A stretch of DNA of 64,000 nt, from assembly GCA_026004535.1 (NCBI GenBank), contig BPJI01000001.1, forward strand, positions 15,915-79,914, given 5' to 3'. This stretch comes from Candidatus Parcubacteria bacterium (GTDB taxonomy: Bacteria > Patescibacteriota > Minisyncoccia > UBA6257 > HR35). Of the stretch, positions 50,024 to 59,951 are shown piece by piece. How positions within the stretch are numbered: the stretch's first letter is position 1; the number at the start of each line of letters is the position of its first letter. The position numbers and the translations under genes were made by a program. Under the pieces are notes generated by a model that saw only the letters and a program-made list of their open reading frames with translations, was not told where the DNA came from and searched no databases.

Positions 50024-50143
50024 GGTGGGCAATAACCCACTTATAAATTAATAATATCTAAGCGTAAAACAAAAATGAGGAAGTCAAAACAAAATATTAG
50101 TAAAAAGAATAAGTTTTGCCGTTTTAGAATCATCTTCTGCCGC
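50024..50143 (+). mobile_element. Decayed tRNA-3'-end-associated element, Val(TAC) copy
   Basis: ggtgggcaataacccact ... aaacaaaaatgaggaagtcaaa ... agttttgccgttttagaatc is colinear with the Ser and Leu copies. Confidence 0.6.
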
Positions 50144-50146
50144 TAG

Positions 50147-50677
50147 ATGAAAAAATTCATTATTTCAATAATTATAATATTTTCAGCAATATTGTTAATT
50201 GGCTCGCTTGAAAAAAAGAGAGAATTTACCATCACCCATAGTTTTAACAATAAAAAAAGCAATGAAAAAAACCTAGCGGAAAATAAAAACAATGATTCCC
50301 AACAAACAAATAGCGATTTTTTGATAAGTATTCAAGATAAGATAAATAGCAATTTAGAGTCTTTAATTTCAAAACTAACACCAGATCAAGATAAATCAAT
50401 GGATAGATATAATGAAGAAATTAATCAATTACTACAAAAGTACAAAGCTCCAGATATACAGAATTTAGATTCTGACTATTTTATAAATATTGCCAAAGAA
50501 TTAGCAAACATAAATCCTCCGCTTTCTTTATATGAACAACATTTAGAATTAATAAGATATTACTACACAGCTGGTTTTATTTTAAAAGAAATTCAACAAA
50601 CTAATAGTTTCCCAGAAAAAATAATCTTAGCCGAATATCTTAAAACATTTTTACGAAAGATTAAGTCATCACAATAA
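50147..50677 (+). CDS. Membrane-anchored helical hypothetical protein at the start of the T4SS-like cluster
   Basis: N-terminal TM helix; LA.I.PP....EQHLELI motif. Confidence 0.7.
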   Translation: MKKFIISIIIIFSAILLIGSLEKKREFTITHSFNNKKSNEKNLAENKNNDSQQTNSDFLISIQDKINSNLESLISKLTPDQDKSMDRYNEEINQLLQKYKAPDIQNLDSDYFINIAKELANINPPLSLYEQHLELIRYYYTAGFILKEIQQTNSFPEKIILAEYLKTFLRKIKSSQ

Positions 50678-50733
50678 ATAGTTAAAATATTGGAAATATT
50701 TTATAATATAAATATCTTAAAACATTCAAGAAG

Positions 50734-52752
50734 ATGCTAAGTAAAAACTTAAAAATTTTAATACTAATAACTACGGTGGTTATTTTCTTATTGCCATTTA
50801 ATAAAATAGAAGGCCTAACAACAGTTCCTGTAAGTGATTATGGAGCACGACAATTACTACAAAATATAGGTGGTTTATTAGACGTCTTAAATACTCAATT
50901 ACCAAAACTCTTAAATCCCTTAAATGTTAACACAAAAGGAATTTTAGAAAGCATGACTAATGAAAAATTAGACAAATATCTCAATGATTCTCTTAAGTTT
51001 TATGAACTAACTAGGTATGTTCAGTATTATGAAAATCAATTGAAAACTTTAGAAAAAGAGACCGAGAATTATAAAAAAGTTCAATTAGAAGAAGCAAAGA
51101 TAGCCGGTGCTTATCTTGCTTTACAAGAAATTGCACAACAAATAAAATGCACCGCACCATCCGTAAGAGATAAATTTAACGCTGCCATTGTTACAATTTT
51201 TAGTCCCTATGACTTAGCTAATAGAGCTTTAATTGGTTATTTTAAGGATATAATCAATTGTCGAGAATCATCAATGGAATCAACGATAACCAAAATGTCA
51301 AAACAAAAAAGCTCATTCGTTTTTTTACGACCATTCGTTATAACACCTTTTTTATCTCAAATAAATCTAGAAACAGACGTATCCGACTCCAGTATGATAC
51401 AAATTAAGTCAGCATTTTTAGAAACTGAACTTACAATCTATACAAACGATATAATTAACACAATATCGATCCTGGTTAACCAAAAAGTTAAAGAAAAAGT
51501 AAGAGAAAGAGAAAATGAAATTGGCACAATTAAACCCTATTATGAAAAATGTGTCTCTAAGTTAAATCTTGATACAGTAACTGATCAAGGAATAGTTTTT
51601 TGTACTGATTATAAAGTATATATCAGCGGAGAAGATTTTCGACAAATAGTTAGTGATTTAAAACGACAGATAACTAACCCTCAATTATCATTTAATCAAA
51701 CCTATGATTATCTGATGAATTTAATAAAATTTAATGAATCAACCACAGCATTAACAGTTTCAAATAGTGGTGATATATTTTTATCCGAAGCCCTAAAAGA
51801 AAAAATATGTGGAAGATTCGAGAAAGATAACGCAACAGCCGGACAATATAGCGCTTATACTCAATGCTTAAAAGATTTAGCTGAAAAATATAACGAGTAT
51901 ATAAAAAAAATTGAAGAAGAAATTAAACGTTTTAGAGACCTACAACTAGCCGCTGAATCTAAAACAGTAGAACTCGAAAATAAAGCAAAGGCGATAAATC
52001 TACCAAATGGATGCAGAGCTGGTAATAAATATTTATTTGAAATCAGAGAATATCTTGAAACAGAAAGAGAAAATTATAAAATAATAACCATCAGACTTTC
52101 AGATTTATTAGGCTTAATAGGCATTAAACTCAACGACATTAATAGGTCAATAAACCAAATGAACAGCACAATTCAAGAAATTGTTCGTGAAATAAATAAT
52201 CTTATCGATATTCTTAATGACGTCTTGAAGTTAGCAAAAATACCATTAAATATTCCACCTATAGCATTCGATATCCCTATTTTTAATGTACTCGATTTTA
52301 TATTAGGTATTGCTAAAGTAAATGCTTTACTTTTACCAGATACTATCTCAAAAATAAATAATATAACTAATAAAATATCGTCCTCGGTAGATAGTGTCGA
52401 AAATCTTTTTAACGAGAACATAGCTAATATAAATGATTTCCAAAAAACATTGAGTGAAACTTATGATAGATATGATATCTTAAGCGCCAACAATAGATTA
52501 ATGAATGACTATCCATATCTTGAGGAGAAATTAAACATATACGAAGAGTTAACTAAGCAAGATAGAGAAACCTTAGAAAAGATGGGAGTTTGCCTCGAAG
52601 AATTTTATCCATTTATTACTGACAAATCTTCAGAAAGGCAATCTTCTCAACGAATTACAATTAAACCGTCTGAGCAAAAATTTAGCTTTTTTGGTTATAT
52701 AGAAAATTTATTCAAACCAAAAATGGTTAAAATTATATACAATGAAAAATAA
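50734..52752 (+). CDS. Secreted coiled-coil protein, possibly VirB5/TrbJ-like
   Basis: Signal peptide followed by TVPVSD; long helices; several Cys; upstream of the VirB6-like gene. Confidence 0.55.
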   Translation: MLSKNLKILILITTVVIFLLPFNKIEGLTTVPVSDYGARQLLQNIGGLLDVLNTQLPKLLNPLNVNTKGILESMTNEKLDKYLNDSLKFYELTRYVQYYENQLKTLEKETENYKKVQLEEAKIAGAYLALQEIAQQIKCTAPSVRDKFNAAIVTIFSPYDLANRALIGYFKDIINCRESSMESTITKMSKQKSSFVFLRPFVITPFLSQINLETDVSDSSMIQIKSAFLETELTIYTNDIINTISILVNQKVKEKVRERENEIGTIKPYYEKCVSKLNLDTVTDQGIVFCTDYKVYISGEDFRQIVSDLKRQITNPQLSFNQTYDYLMNLIKFNESTTALTVSNSGDIFLSEALKEKICGRFEKDNATAGQYSAYTQCLKDLAEKYNEYIKKIEEEIKRFRDLQLAAESKTVELENKAKAINLPNGCRAGNKYLFEIREYLETERENYKIITIRLSDLLGLIGIKLNDINRSINQMNSTIQEIVREINNLIDILNDVLKLAKIPLNIPPIAFDIPIFNVLDFILGIAKVNALLLPDTISKINNITNKISSSVDSVENLFNENIANINDFQKTLSETYDRYDILSANNRLMNDYPYLEEKLNIYEELTKQDRETLEKMGVCLEEFYPFITDKSSERQSSQRITIKPSEQKFSFFGYIENLFKPKMVKIIYNEK

Positions 52753-54856
52753 AAATCTATTAATAATTTTTTTCTGTTTTGCACTGGTTATACTACCTTT
52801 AAAACAAGCTTGGGCTTTTATTTTTGATTGGCTAGGAGAAAAAGTTGTTAAAGGCATTGCTGGTATTATAAGATTTTTTACTAAATTTATACACGAACTT
52901 TTATTTTTCATAAATATAGATTTATTGGCTAAAATAGTAAATTATGTTGCGACACTAAATCCTTTTAAAGATGATGTTCAATATAGAGATGAGGGAGGGC
53001 AGACAAAAACAGTAATGTCTCCAGTAAAGGTTATCTGGAATATACTTAAAAATTTTGCTTATATTCTTTTAGTTTTTTCTGCTCTTTTTGCTGGTTATGA
53101 ATGGCTAATGGGAAAAGACGCAAACGCTAAAAGATTGATTTTCAATATTATTATTGTTGCTCTTCTAATTAGTTTCACTTTTGTTTTAGTTCGAGAAGCT
53201 TTTTTGGTTGTCTATGGTTTTGAAAAAGGAATAACTGGCGGTAATTCAAACCAAATTGGAACCATTATTGCTGCTTCATTATGGCAAAAAAATCCTTTTA
53301 CTGAGATAGATTCGTTTGCTAATAGTTTAGCATCACAACAAAGGGATAATGAGGAAATTTTTATATCATTAGCCAGTGCTATTGGTTATATCTTTATTAT
53401 TGTCTTTGATATGCTCATCCTCATCATTTTATTCATAACTGCCGTTTTGTTTATTATTCGTTACTTAATGATTATTTTCCTTGGCGGGACATCATCAATT
53501 GCTTTAGCAACTTTAGCTTTTCCTGAATTTAAAGGAGCACTTGGGCAAGTATTTGCTAATTTAAAGTTTTGGAATACATGGTTAGAATATTTTATCCGTT
53601 GGCTTTTGGTAATTCCTATTTTTGTTATTTTGGTTATTTTGGGTAATGCTTTAAAAGAAAATACTTTAGGCCAAATTCAAGCTCAATCTGTAAAAAGTGA
53701 TTTAATTGAGTTTATGATGCTACTTTTGATGCTAGAAGGTTGGTATATTATCTCGATTATTATCGCTAACAAAATTTCTAAAGGTGCAGCTAATCTGGGT
53801 AAAGCAGCAGCAACAGCGGCAATGCTCACTGTTGGTGGTTTGACTACCAAAGGGCTAATGAGCGCTGTTGGACCAAGAATTGGAAATATACTCTCGAAGA
53901 CTGGCGGAGAGGTAGAAGAACGTTTTGCTGGTCGTGGTTTCCTTGGGTCATGGGTTAGTCAAAAAATTGGTAAACCAGTAAAAAAAGCTGGTGAAGATAT
54001 GCTCAAAAGAAGATATGAACTAGAAGCTAAAGCAATTAAATCAAGAATTAGCACAATTGATGAACAATTAAGAAGGGAAAAAGATCCAGAAAAACAAGCA
54101 AAACTAACTGATCAATTAGTTCAATTAACAAAAAGATACGAGAATGTTCCTTATGTTTTAAAACAAATAAATGAAGAGATTGGTAAAATGTCAAGAATGT
54201 CCTTTGAAAAAATAGCGACAAATAAAGATGCTATAAGTCTTTTAGCAGGAGCTGACAAACCTCAAGAATTAAGAGAAAAAGTCATTAGTCAGGTTGATAA
54301 ATTGAGTAAAGGCACTTTAAGAAATATCTTGGGAGATAGAGAACTTTTGGAGGTTTGGAGCAAACTTTCTCTTGATGTTAGTAATGCTTTTATAGATAAA
54401 TTAGGCAAAGAGCTTAGTGATGCTGATGTTATTGAACAATTGACCAAAGAAGAAATAAGAAATCTTATACCTGGATTGCCAGGTAATTTTCAAAAAGCTA
54501 TCAATAGATTATCAAAGGGCTTTGTTGAGGCAGCTACCAAAAAAGATTTAGAAGCTGTAAGTAATGCTCTAGCTTCTTTGAGTGAAGATGTTTGGAGGCA
54601 ACCAGAAAATATTGATAAAGCGTTGAGGGGTTATGAATTAAACGATCAAGAAATCAAAGAGTCTCTTAAAAATGCTCTTACTCGAAGCACAAAGCCAGAA
54701 ATAATCATCAATACTTTAAGAAGCGCACCTAAAGGTGATCCTATAAGACGAACACTATCTTTATTAACTGATACGGAAATTAATGAAATAGAGAGAATTT
54801 TAACTCCTCAATTAAAAAATAAACTTGAAACGATCATCTTAGAAGAAAGCGCTTAA
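52742..54856 (+). CDS. VirB6/TrbL-like polytopic membrane protein with a helical C-terminal tail
   Basis: Signal peptide, multiple TM segments, Gly/Ala-rich linker; position upstream of PrgI and VirB4. Confidence 0.7.
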   Translation: MKNKNLLIIFFCFALVILPLKQAWAFIFDWLGEKVVKGIAGIIRFFTKFIHELLFFINIDLLAKIVNYVATLNPFKDDVQYRDEGGQTKTVMSPVKVIWNILKNFAYILLVFSALFAGYEWLMGKDANAKRLIFNIIIVALLISFTFVLVREAFLVVYGFEKGITGGNSNQIGTIIAASLWQKNPFTEIDSFANSLASQQRDNEEIFISLASAIGYIFIIVFDMLILIILFITAVLFIIRYLMIIFLGGTSSIALATLAFPEFKGALGQVFANLKFWNTWLEYFIRWLLVIPIFVILVILGNALKENTLGQIQAQSVKSDLIEFMMLLLMLEGWYIISIIIANKISKGAANLGKAAATAAMLTVGGLTTKGLMSAVGPRIGNILSKTGGEVEERFAGRGFLGSWVSQKIGKPVKKAGEDMLKRRYELEAKAIKSRISTIDEQLRREKDPEKQAKLTDQLVQLTKRYENVPYVLKQINEEIGKMSRMSFEKIATNKDAISLLAGADKPQELREKVISQVDKLSKGTLRNILGDRELLEVWSKLSLDVSNAFIDKLGKELSDADVIEQLTKEEIRNLIPGLPGNFQKAINRLSKGFVEAATKKDLEAVSNALASLSEDVWRQPENIDKALRGYELNDQEIKESLKNALTRSTKPEIIINTLRSAPKGDPIRRTLSLLTDTEINEIERILTPQLKNKLETIILEESA

Positions 54857-54858
54857 AA

Positions 54859-55470
54859 ATGAATAAGGAAATTATAAAATTTATTGGTAGTGAGGAATAT
54901 GACAAACAAGTAGAAGATATCGGGAAATCTTTAGGTTTTAACTGGGGTGATAAAGAAATGACCAAAATAATAATTTTAATGGATGGAATTGTTAAATATA
55001 ATCTTACTTCCGAGAATCAAGTTAAAGAAGCAATCAAAAAATGGTTGGATTTCTTAAATGAAGAACAAATAAATTCTCTCTATAACTATCTCAAAGAAAA
55101 TTTTTTGCCTAAAGTAAAAGAGCTTTGGCAGAAAGAAGAAATAGAAATAAGTGAAGAAACAATACCTGAAGAAACTTTTGAAGAAAAAGAAAAAAAATAT
55201 ATTGAGATGATGAAAGAATTAATTAAAACTGGAGAATTAAAATTACCACCCAAAAGAGAAACAAAACAAATAATTGAACAAAAACCAAAAGAAGAAAAAG
55301 AAGAGGTCAAAATAATTACTTTTGAACCCGAAGAAAAAATTAACCTTAAAGAGAAATCAACACAAGAAGGAACAACTTTGCCTGAGTCAGCAATTATTAT
55401 TAAGAAAAAGGGCGAAGAAGAAAAACCAAAACCAGAAGATGAAGAACTTTTAGATCTTTCTAAGTTATAA
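54859..55470 (+). CDS. Hypothetical Glu/Lys-rich protein
   Basis: Tightly packed ORF ending LLDLSKL. Confidence 0.65.
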   Translation: MNKEIIKFIGSEEYDKQVEDIGKSLGFNWGDKEMTKIIILMDGIVKYNLTSENQVKEAIKKWLDFLNEEQINSLYNYLKENFLPKVKELWQKEEIEISEETIPEETFEEKEKKYIEMMKELIKTGELKLPPKRETKQIIEQKPKEEKEEVKIITFEPEEKINLKEKSTQEGTTLPESAIIIKKKGEEEKPKPEDEELLDLSKL

Positions 55471-55477
55471 TAATAAT

Positions 55478-56035
55478 ATGGCTACCAGATTTTATGTGCC
55501 AAAATTTATTACTATTGAGGACAAATTAGCCGGACTTTTAACTTTTCGACAGCTTTTTGCTTTGTTGGGGGCTTTTCTTTTAAGCTTCCTAGTTTTTAGA
55601 ATTAACCAATTTTTAGGCTTTATTACCATGATAATTTCTTTTGGCACAGCTTTTTTATTAACTTTTGTTCATCTCAATGGCAAACCATTCGTTTATATTT
55701 TGCCTCAAGTTTTTGGCTTTGTTTTTGGTAGTAAAAGATTTGTCTGGCAAAAAATTGAAAAAGTAACTTATAAAGAAGTAGCCCTATCTCCAGAAATAAC
55801 CGATAGAGTTCCCTATCCTAAAATTAAGGAAAGAAAAAAAAATATCGGCGATAAAGCTGAAATAATTTTGGAATATCCTGAAACTAACATCAAAGAGAAA
55901 TTGTCTGTTTCTTTAAAAGAACCGATCGCCCTCCAAGCCGAAGAAATTAATCGTTATGTTCATCGTCATCTAAGCAATCCCAAAAATCCTTATCGCTTTT
56001 TTCCTTATGTTAAATTTTATCGAACCATAAAATGA
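55478..56035 (+). CDS. PrgI-family (VirB3-like) protein
   Basis: F.VPKFI.IEDKL.G.LTFRQ followed by two TM helices and NGKP. Confidence 0.85.
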   Translation: MATRFYVPKFITIEDKLAGLLTFRQLFALLGAFLLSFLVFRINQFLGFITMIISFGTAFLLTFVHLNGKPFVYILPQVFGFVFGSKRFVWQKIEKVTYKEVALSPEITDRVPYPKIKERKKNIGDKAEIILEYPETNIKEKLSVSLKEPIALQAEEINRYVHRHLSNPKNPYRFFPYVKFYRTIK

Positions 56036-56661
56036 TTGCCCCAACATTTTCTTTAATTAAAGTTAAAGACATTAAAAATGACACCTTAATCCTAGCTAAT
56101 GGAGGTTTAAGAGGCATCTTAGAGGTTAGTGGCCTTAATCTTTCTTTATTAGATGAAAAAGAGCAAGAAATAATTATTAATCAGTTTAAAAATTTACTTG
56201 ATGGTTTAGATTTTCCAATTGAGATTTTAGTTCTGTCGCGGATGGAAAATATTAATAATTATTTAAAAGTTTTACATTTAAGACTTGAAGAAGAAAAAGA
56301 TCCGCTAATCAAGTTTCAATTAGAAGAATATATTAGTTTTTTAGAAGATTATTTACAAAACCATAAGATAATGAAAAAAATTTTTTATCTTGTCGTGCCC
56401 TATGATTCAATTGAAACTGACTTGGGGCCATTGGCTAAAATTCAAAAACAATCTGGCTTGGGAGAAAATGAAGAAACAAAATTTGAACAATTAGAAGCAA
56501 GAATAAATTATGTAATCGATGCTTTAAATAGCGTTGGTCTTTCTGCTTTTAGACTTTCTGATTTAGAATTAATTGAACTTTTATTTGAAGTATATAATCC
56601 TAATTTAAGGTGGCAACAATTACCAAAACAAATTATTGAAAAATTAGCCGAGGTACTATGA
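56032..56661 (+). CDS. TraC/VirB4 N-terminal-like protein
   Basis: ILEVSGLN..L....EQE.II..F..LL..LDFPI; FYLVVPY. Confidence 0.75.
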   Translation: MIAPTFSLIKVKDIKNDTLILANGGLRGILEVSGLNLSLLDEKEQEIIINQFKNLLDGLDFPIEILVLSRMENINNYLKVLHLRLEEEKDPLIKFQLEEYISFLEDYLQNHKIMKKIFYLVVPYDSIETDLGPLAKIQKQSGLGENEETKFEQLEARINYVIDALNSVGLSAFRLSDLELIELLFEVYNPNLRWQQLPKQIIEKLAEVL

Positions 56662-58466
56662 TTAACATTCCAAAAATACCGTTTCTAAAACAAAACCAGA
56701 AAGCAAAGATTCCTATACCTCAAGAATTAACTGCTTTTGAAAAGGTGAAAGAATTAATTGCTCCTCCAGGAGCAGAATTTGCTACTGATTACTTTCAAAT
56801 AGGCAATATTTTTGGCCGAACATTTCTTGTCATAGATTACCCTTCTTATCTTTTTTCTGGTTGGTTAGAAAAAATAATTAATTTAGACGAGGCCTTCAAT
56901 TTAAGTTTATATTTTTACCCTCTAGAAACAGGAGCGGTTTTAAAACAACTAGAAAAACAACTGGCAAGAATATCCGTACAAATACTTGAACGTGAAGAGG
57001 CAGGTAAAGTTAGATCACCTGAATTGGAAGCGGCTTACAAAAATGTTGAAGAATTAAGAGATTTACTAGCTCAGGCTGAAGAAAGAATGCTCAAGGTTGG
57101 ACTTTATTTAACAATCTTTGCCAGTGACAAAAAAGAACTTGACCAAAAATCAATAAAAATTTCAAAAATCTTAGAAAGCATTTTGGTAACAGTCAAGCCA
57201 ATTATGTTTCTTCAAAAAGAAGCATTTATCTCAACTTTACCTTTAGGCTTAGATGAGATAAAAACTAACTATCATTTAAATTCCTCAACCGCCTCTTCGT
57301 TTTTCCCTTTCATTTCTTCGGAATTAGTTGATGAATCAGGAATTTTTTTTGGTATCAATCTTCAAAATGCTGGTTTTGTTATTTTAGATCGCTGGAAATA
57401 TGAAAACCCTCATTTAATCATTTTAGCTCGCTCAGGGTCTGGGAAATCTTACACAGCCAAATTAGAAGTAATGAGAAATCTAATGATAGGAACAGACGTT
57501 TTAATTTTAGATCCTGAAAACGAATATCAAAGTATTACTGATCTTTATGGTGGCTCTTTTATTCCTCTGTCTTTAAAAGCTGACAATACATTTAACCCCT
57601 TTGATTTGCCCCCTGTTTTACCCAACGAAGAACCGATTGATATTTATAAGGAACATATTGCTGATTTAATTATTTTTTGCCAATTAATTATGAATGAAAA
57701 ATTATCATCCGAAGATTTGGCAATTTTAGATCAAGCAATTAATCAAACCTATGCTTCATTTAACATCTTACCTCATCAAGATTTCTCTAAAATTGAAAGA
57801 TTTCCAACTTTAAACGATCTAGAAAAAATCTTAAATGGTCTTGTTGGTGGAAGTAAAATTGCAAGCAAACTCTATCCTTATACCCAAGGAAACTTCAGTG
57901 GCTTTGTTAATAAACCAACGACAGTTGAACTCAACAAAAGATTAATTGTTTTTGGTTTTAAAGATCTACCTGAAATTTTAAAACCAATTGGAATGTTTGT
58001 TGTTTTAAACTATATCTTAAACAGGGTCAGACGAGAAATGAAAAAAAGACTAGTGATCATTGATGAGGCTTGGTGGATAATGAGACAAGAAATTGGGGCT
58101 GAATTTTTGTTAAATGTTGTTAAACGAGGAAGAAAATATAATTTAGCTGTAACCAATATCACTCAAGACGTTGAGGATTTTCTTAATTCTCCTTATGGTC
58201 GACCAATTATTACCAATTCAGCTATTGTTTTTTTAATGAAACAATCAACAGCAACGATTGATCTTTGTGGTCAAACTTTTGCTTTATCTGAAGGCGAAAA
58301 GCAGTTTTTACTTCAAGCTGAAAGAGGGCAAGGTTTAATTTTAGTCGGCCAAAAAAAAGCGCCTGTTTATGTTTTAGCCTCCTATGCTGAAGATCAAATT
58401 ATTCGAACCAGACCCGAACAATTAATTGCCTTAAGAAAAGCCAAAGAGGCCTTAATGAAAAAATGA
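56658..58466 (+). CDS. virB4: VirB4-family type IV secretion ATPase
   Basis: ARSGSGKS Walker A, ILDPENEY, IIDEAW, KRGRKY, ITQ. Confidence 0.92.
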   Translation: MINIPKIPFLKQNQKAKIPIPQELTAFEKVKELIAPPGAEFATDYFQIGNIFGRTFLVIDYPSYLFSGWLEKIINLDEAFNLSLYFYPLETGAVLKQLEKQLARISVQILEREEAGKVRSPELEAAYKNVEELRDLLAQAEERMLKVGLYLTIFASDKKELDQKSIKISKILESILVTVKPIMFLQKEAFISTLPLGLDEIKTNYHLNSSTASSFFPFISSELVDESGIFFGINLQNAGFVILDRWKYENPHLIILARSGSGKSYTAKLEVMRNLMIGTDVLILDPENEYQSITDLYGGSFIPLSLKADNTFNPFDLPPVLPNEEPIDIYKEHIADLIIFCQLIMNEKLSSEDLAILDQAINQTYASFNILPHQDFSKIERFPTLNDLEKILNGLVGGSKIASKLYPYTQGNFSGFVNKPTTVELNKRLIVFGFKDLPEILKPIGMFVVLNYILNRVRREMKKRLVIIDEAWWIMRQEIGAEFLLNVVKRGRKYNLAVTNITQDVEDFLNSPYGRPIITNSAIVFLMKQSTATIDLCGQTFALSEGEKQFLLQAERGQGLILVGQKKAPVYVLASYAEDQIIRTRPEQLIALRKAKEALMKK

Positions 58467-59086
58467 AAAAAATATTTTTCTTAATTATAATTACTTCTTT
58501 ATTGACAATTAAAAATTTTGCCTTGGCTAAGGATAATATTTATATCAGTTTTAAAAAAACTGCTGCTGGCTTGGTTATAGGTAATGAAATCTTTGATCAT
58601 CAAACAAAAAAATTTTTAAATCCAACTGAATATATTTATGAATGGACAATCCCAGCTTTAGGAATAAATAAGCAAATAACATATTCAAATATTATTTTTA
58701 TTCCATTAGAAGGTAAAATATCTAATATATCTAATATTTTCCTAAATCTAAAAGTAACCAAAAAATTTTCTGATAGGGTGTTTTATTTTAATGAACTTAA
58801 AGTATCATTGCTAAAGCCAAAGGTAGTAATTGGCTTAAAACGAAATAATATTCTGATCCCCTTGATATCTAAACTAAAACCTGATGATATTTTAACCCTT
58901 ACAACTGAAGGTTTCTCTTCAACTAATTTAAATTACATCTGGACATTCAATGAAGCTTTTATTTCTAACGAAAAAGAGATATCAGTCAGTAATTTAGAAG
59001 AAAAAAATGGTATAATAAAAATTAAGGTCTTTGCCCCACTAACTGGTGAAAAAGCCGAAGATTCAGCGCCAATCCAAATTGAATAA
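58463..59086 (+). CDS. Secreted Ig/PKD-like protein
   Basis: Signal peptide; YIYEW and LNYIWTFN motifs. Confidence 0.65.
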   Translation: MKKIFFLIIITSLLTIKNFALAKDNIYISFKKTAAGLVIGNEIFDHQTKKFLNPTEYIYEWTIPALGINKQITYSNIIFIPLEGKISNISNIFLNLKVTKKFSDRVFYFNELKVSLLKPKVVIGLKRNNILIPLISKLKPDDILTLTTEGFSSTNLNYIWTFNEAFISNEKEISVSNLEEKNGIIKIKVFAPLTGEKAEDSAPIQIE

Positions 59087-59925
59087 TGCCAAAAATTAAG
59101 TCACCATCAGAATATATCCAATGTACTGATATTGCTTCTTGTTTTCAAGCAATTTATAATTTCTTCTTTGCTCTCTTGATTGCTTTAGCTTTTTTATATT
59201 TTCTTTGGGGTGCTATTCAATATTTAATTTCAGGTGCAAATATATATCCAAAAGAGGAGGGTAAAAAGAAAATGAAGGATTCTATTATTGCTGTAATTAT
59301 TGCTTTAAGTGTGCCAATTATTTTAAATATGATTAATCCTGATATTTTTAGAGCAGAATTAAGCATACCAATAGTTGAAGCCCGTCTTCCTGGCTACATA
59401 TCTGCCCCAGAAACACCGCCAGCAGATATTCTACCATCAGGACAAAAAGTAGTTGATGCTCAACCAAATTCAAATTTAATGAATAAATTGAGGGATATAA
59501 ACTATATAAAGTATCTTATTATTGACTGTGACGCTTTGAGAATGACAATTGTTGGGGTTAATAACGAAGGTCAAGAAATCCAAGTAGCTAATGATATTCC
59601 AATAAATACCGGGAAACGGATAAATGGGAAAAATTGTAATGAAAAAAATGTACCAAACAGTCATACTACTCCTAAAGGTTCGTTTAAAATTTCAGGTAAA
59701 AGATATAATCCTAATGGTCTTGTATCATTAGAATCTGGAGCTTCTCTGGGCACCAGGGCTCTGGTATATCATCAACAACGCGGACTTCTTATTCATGGTA
59801 GCGCAACAGAAGAAAAAAATAGGAGTTTTCCGGAAACTTGGGGCTGTATTAGAATGAAAAATGAAGATTTAGCTGCTATATTTGACAAGGTAAGAGTAGG
59901 TACAACTATATTGAAAATTAAATAA
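59086..59925 (+). CDS. VirB2-like pilin fused to an L,D-transpeptidase (YkuD) domain
   Basis: WGAIQYLISG..GK..M....IA...ILNMINPD; TPKGSF, IHGS, TWGCIRM. Confidence 0.85.
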   Translation: MPKIKSPSEYIQCTDIASCFQAIYNFFFALLIALAFLYFLWGAIQYLISGANIYPKEEGKKKMKDSIIAVIIALSVPIILNMINPDIFRAELSIPIVEARLPGYISAPETPPADILPSGQKVVDAQPNSNLMNKLRDINYIKYLIIDCDALRMTIVGVNNEGQEIQVANDIPINTGKRINGKNCNEKNVPNSHTTPKGSFKISGKRYNPNGLVSLESGASLGTRALVYHQQRGLLIHGSATEEKNRSFPETWGCIRMKNEDLAAIFDKVRVGTTILKIK

Positions 59926-59951
59926 TCAAAGAATATCAAAATTATTAAAAA

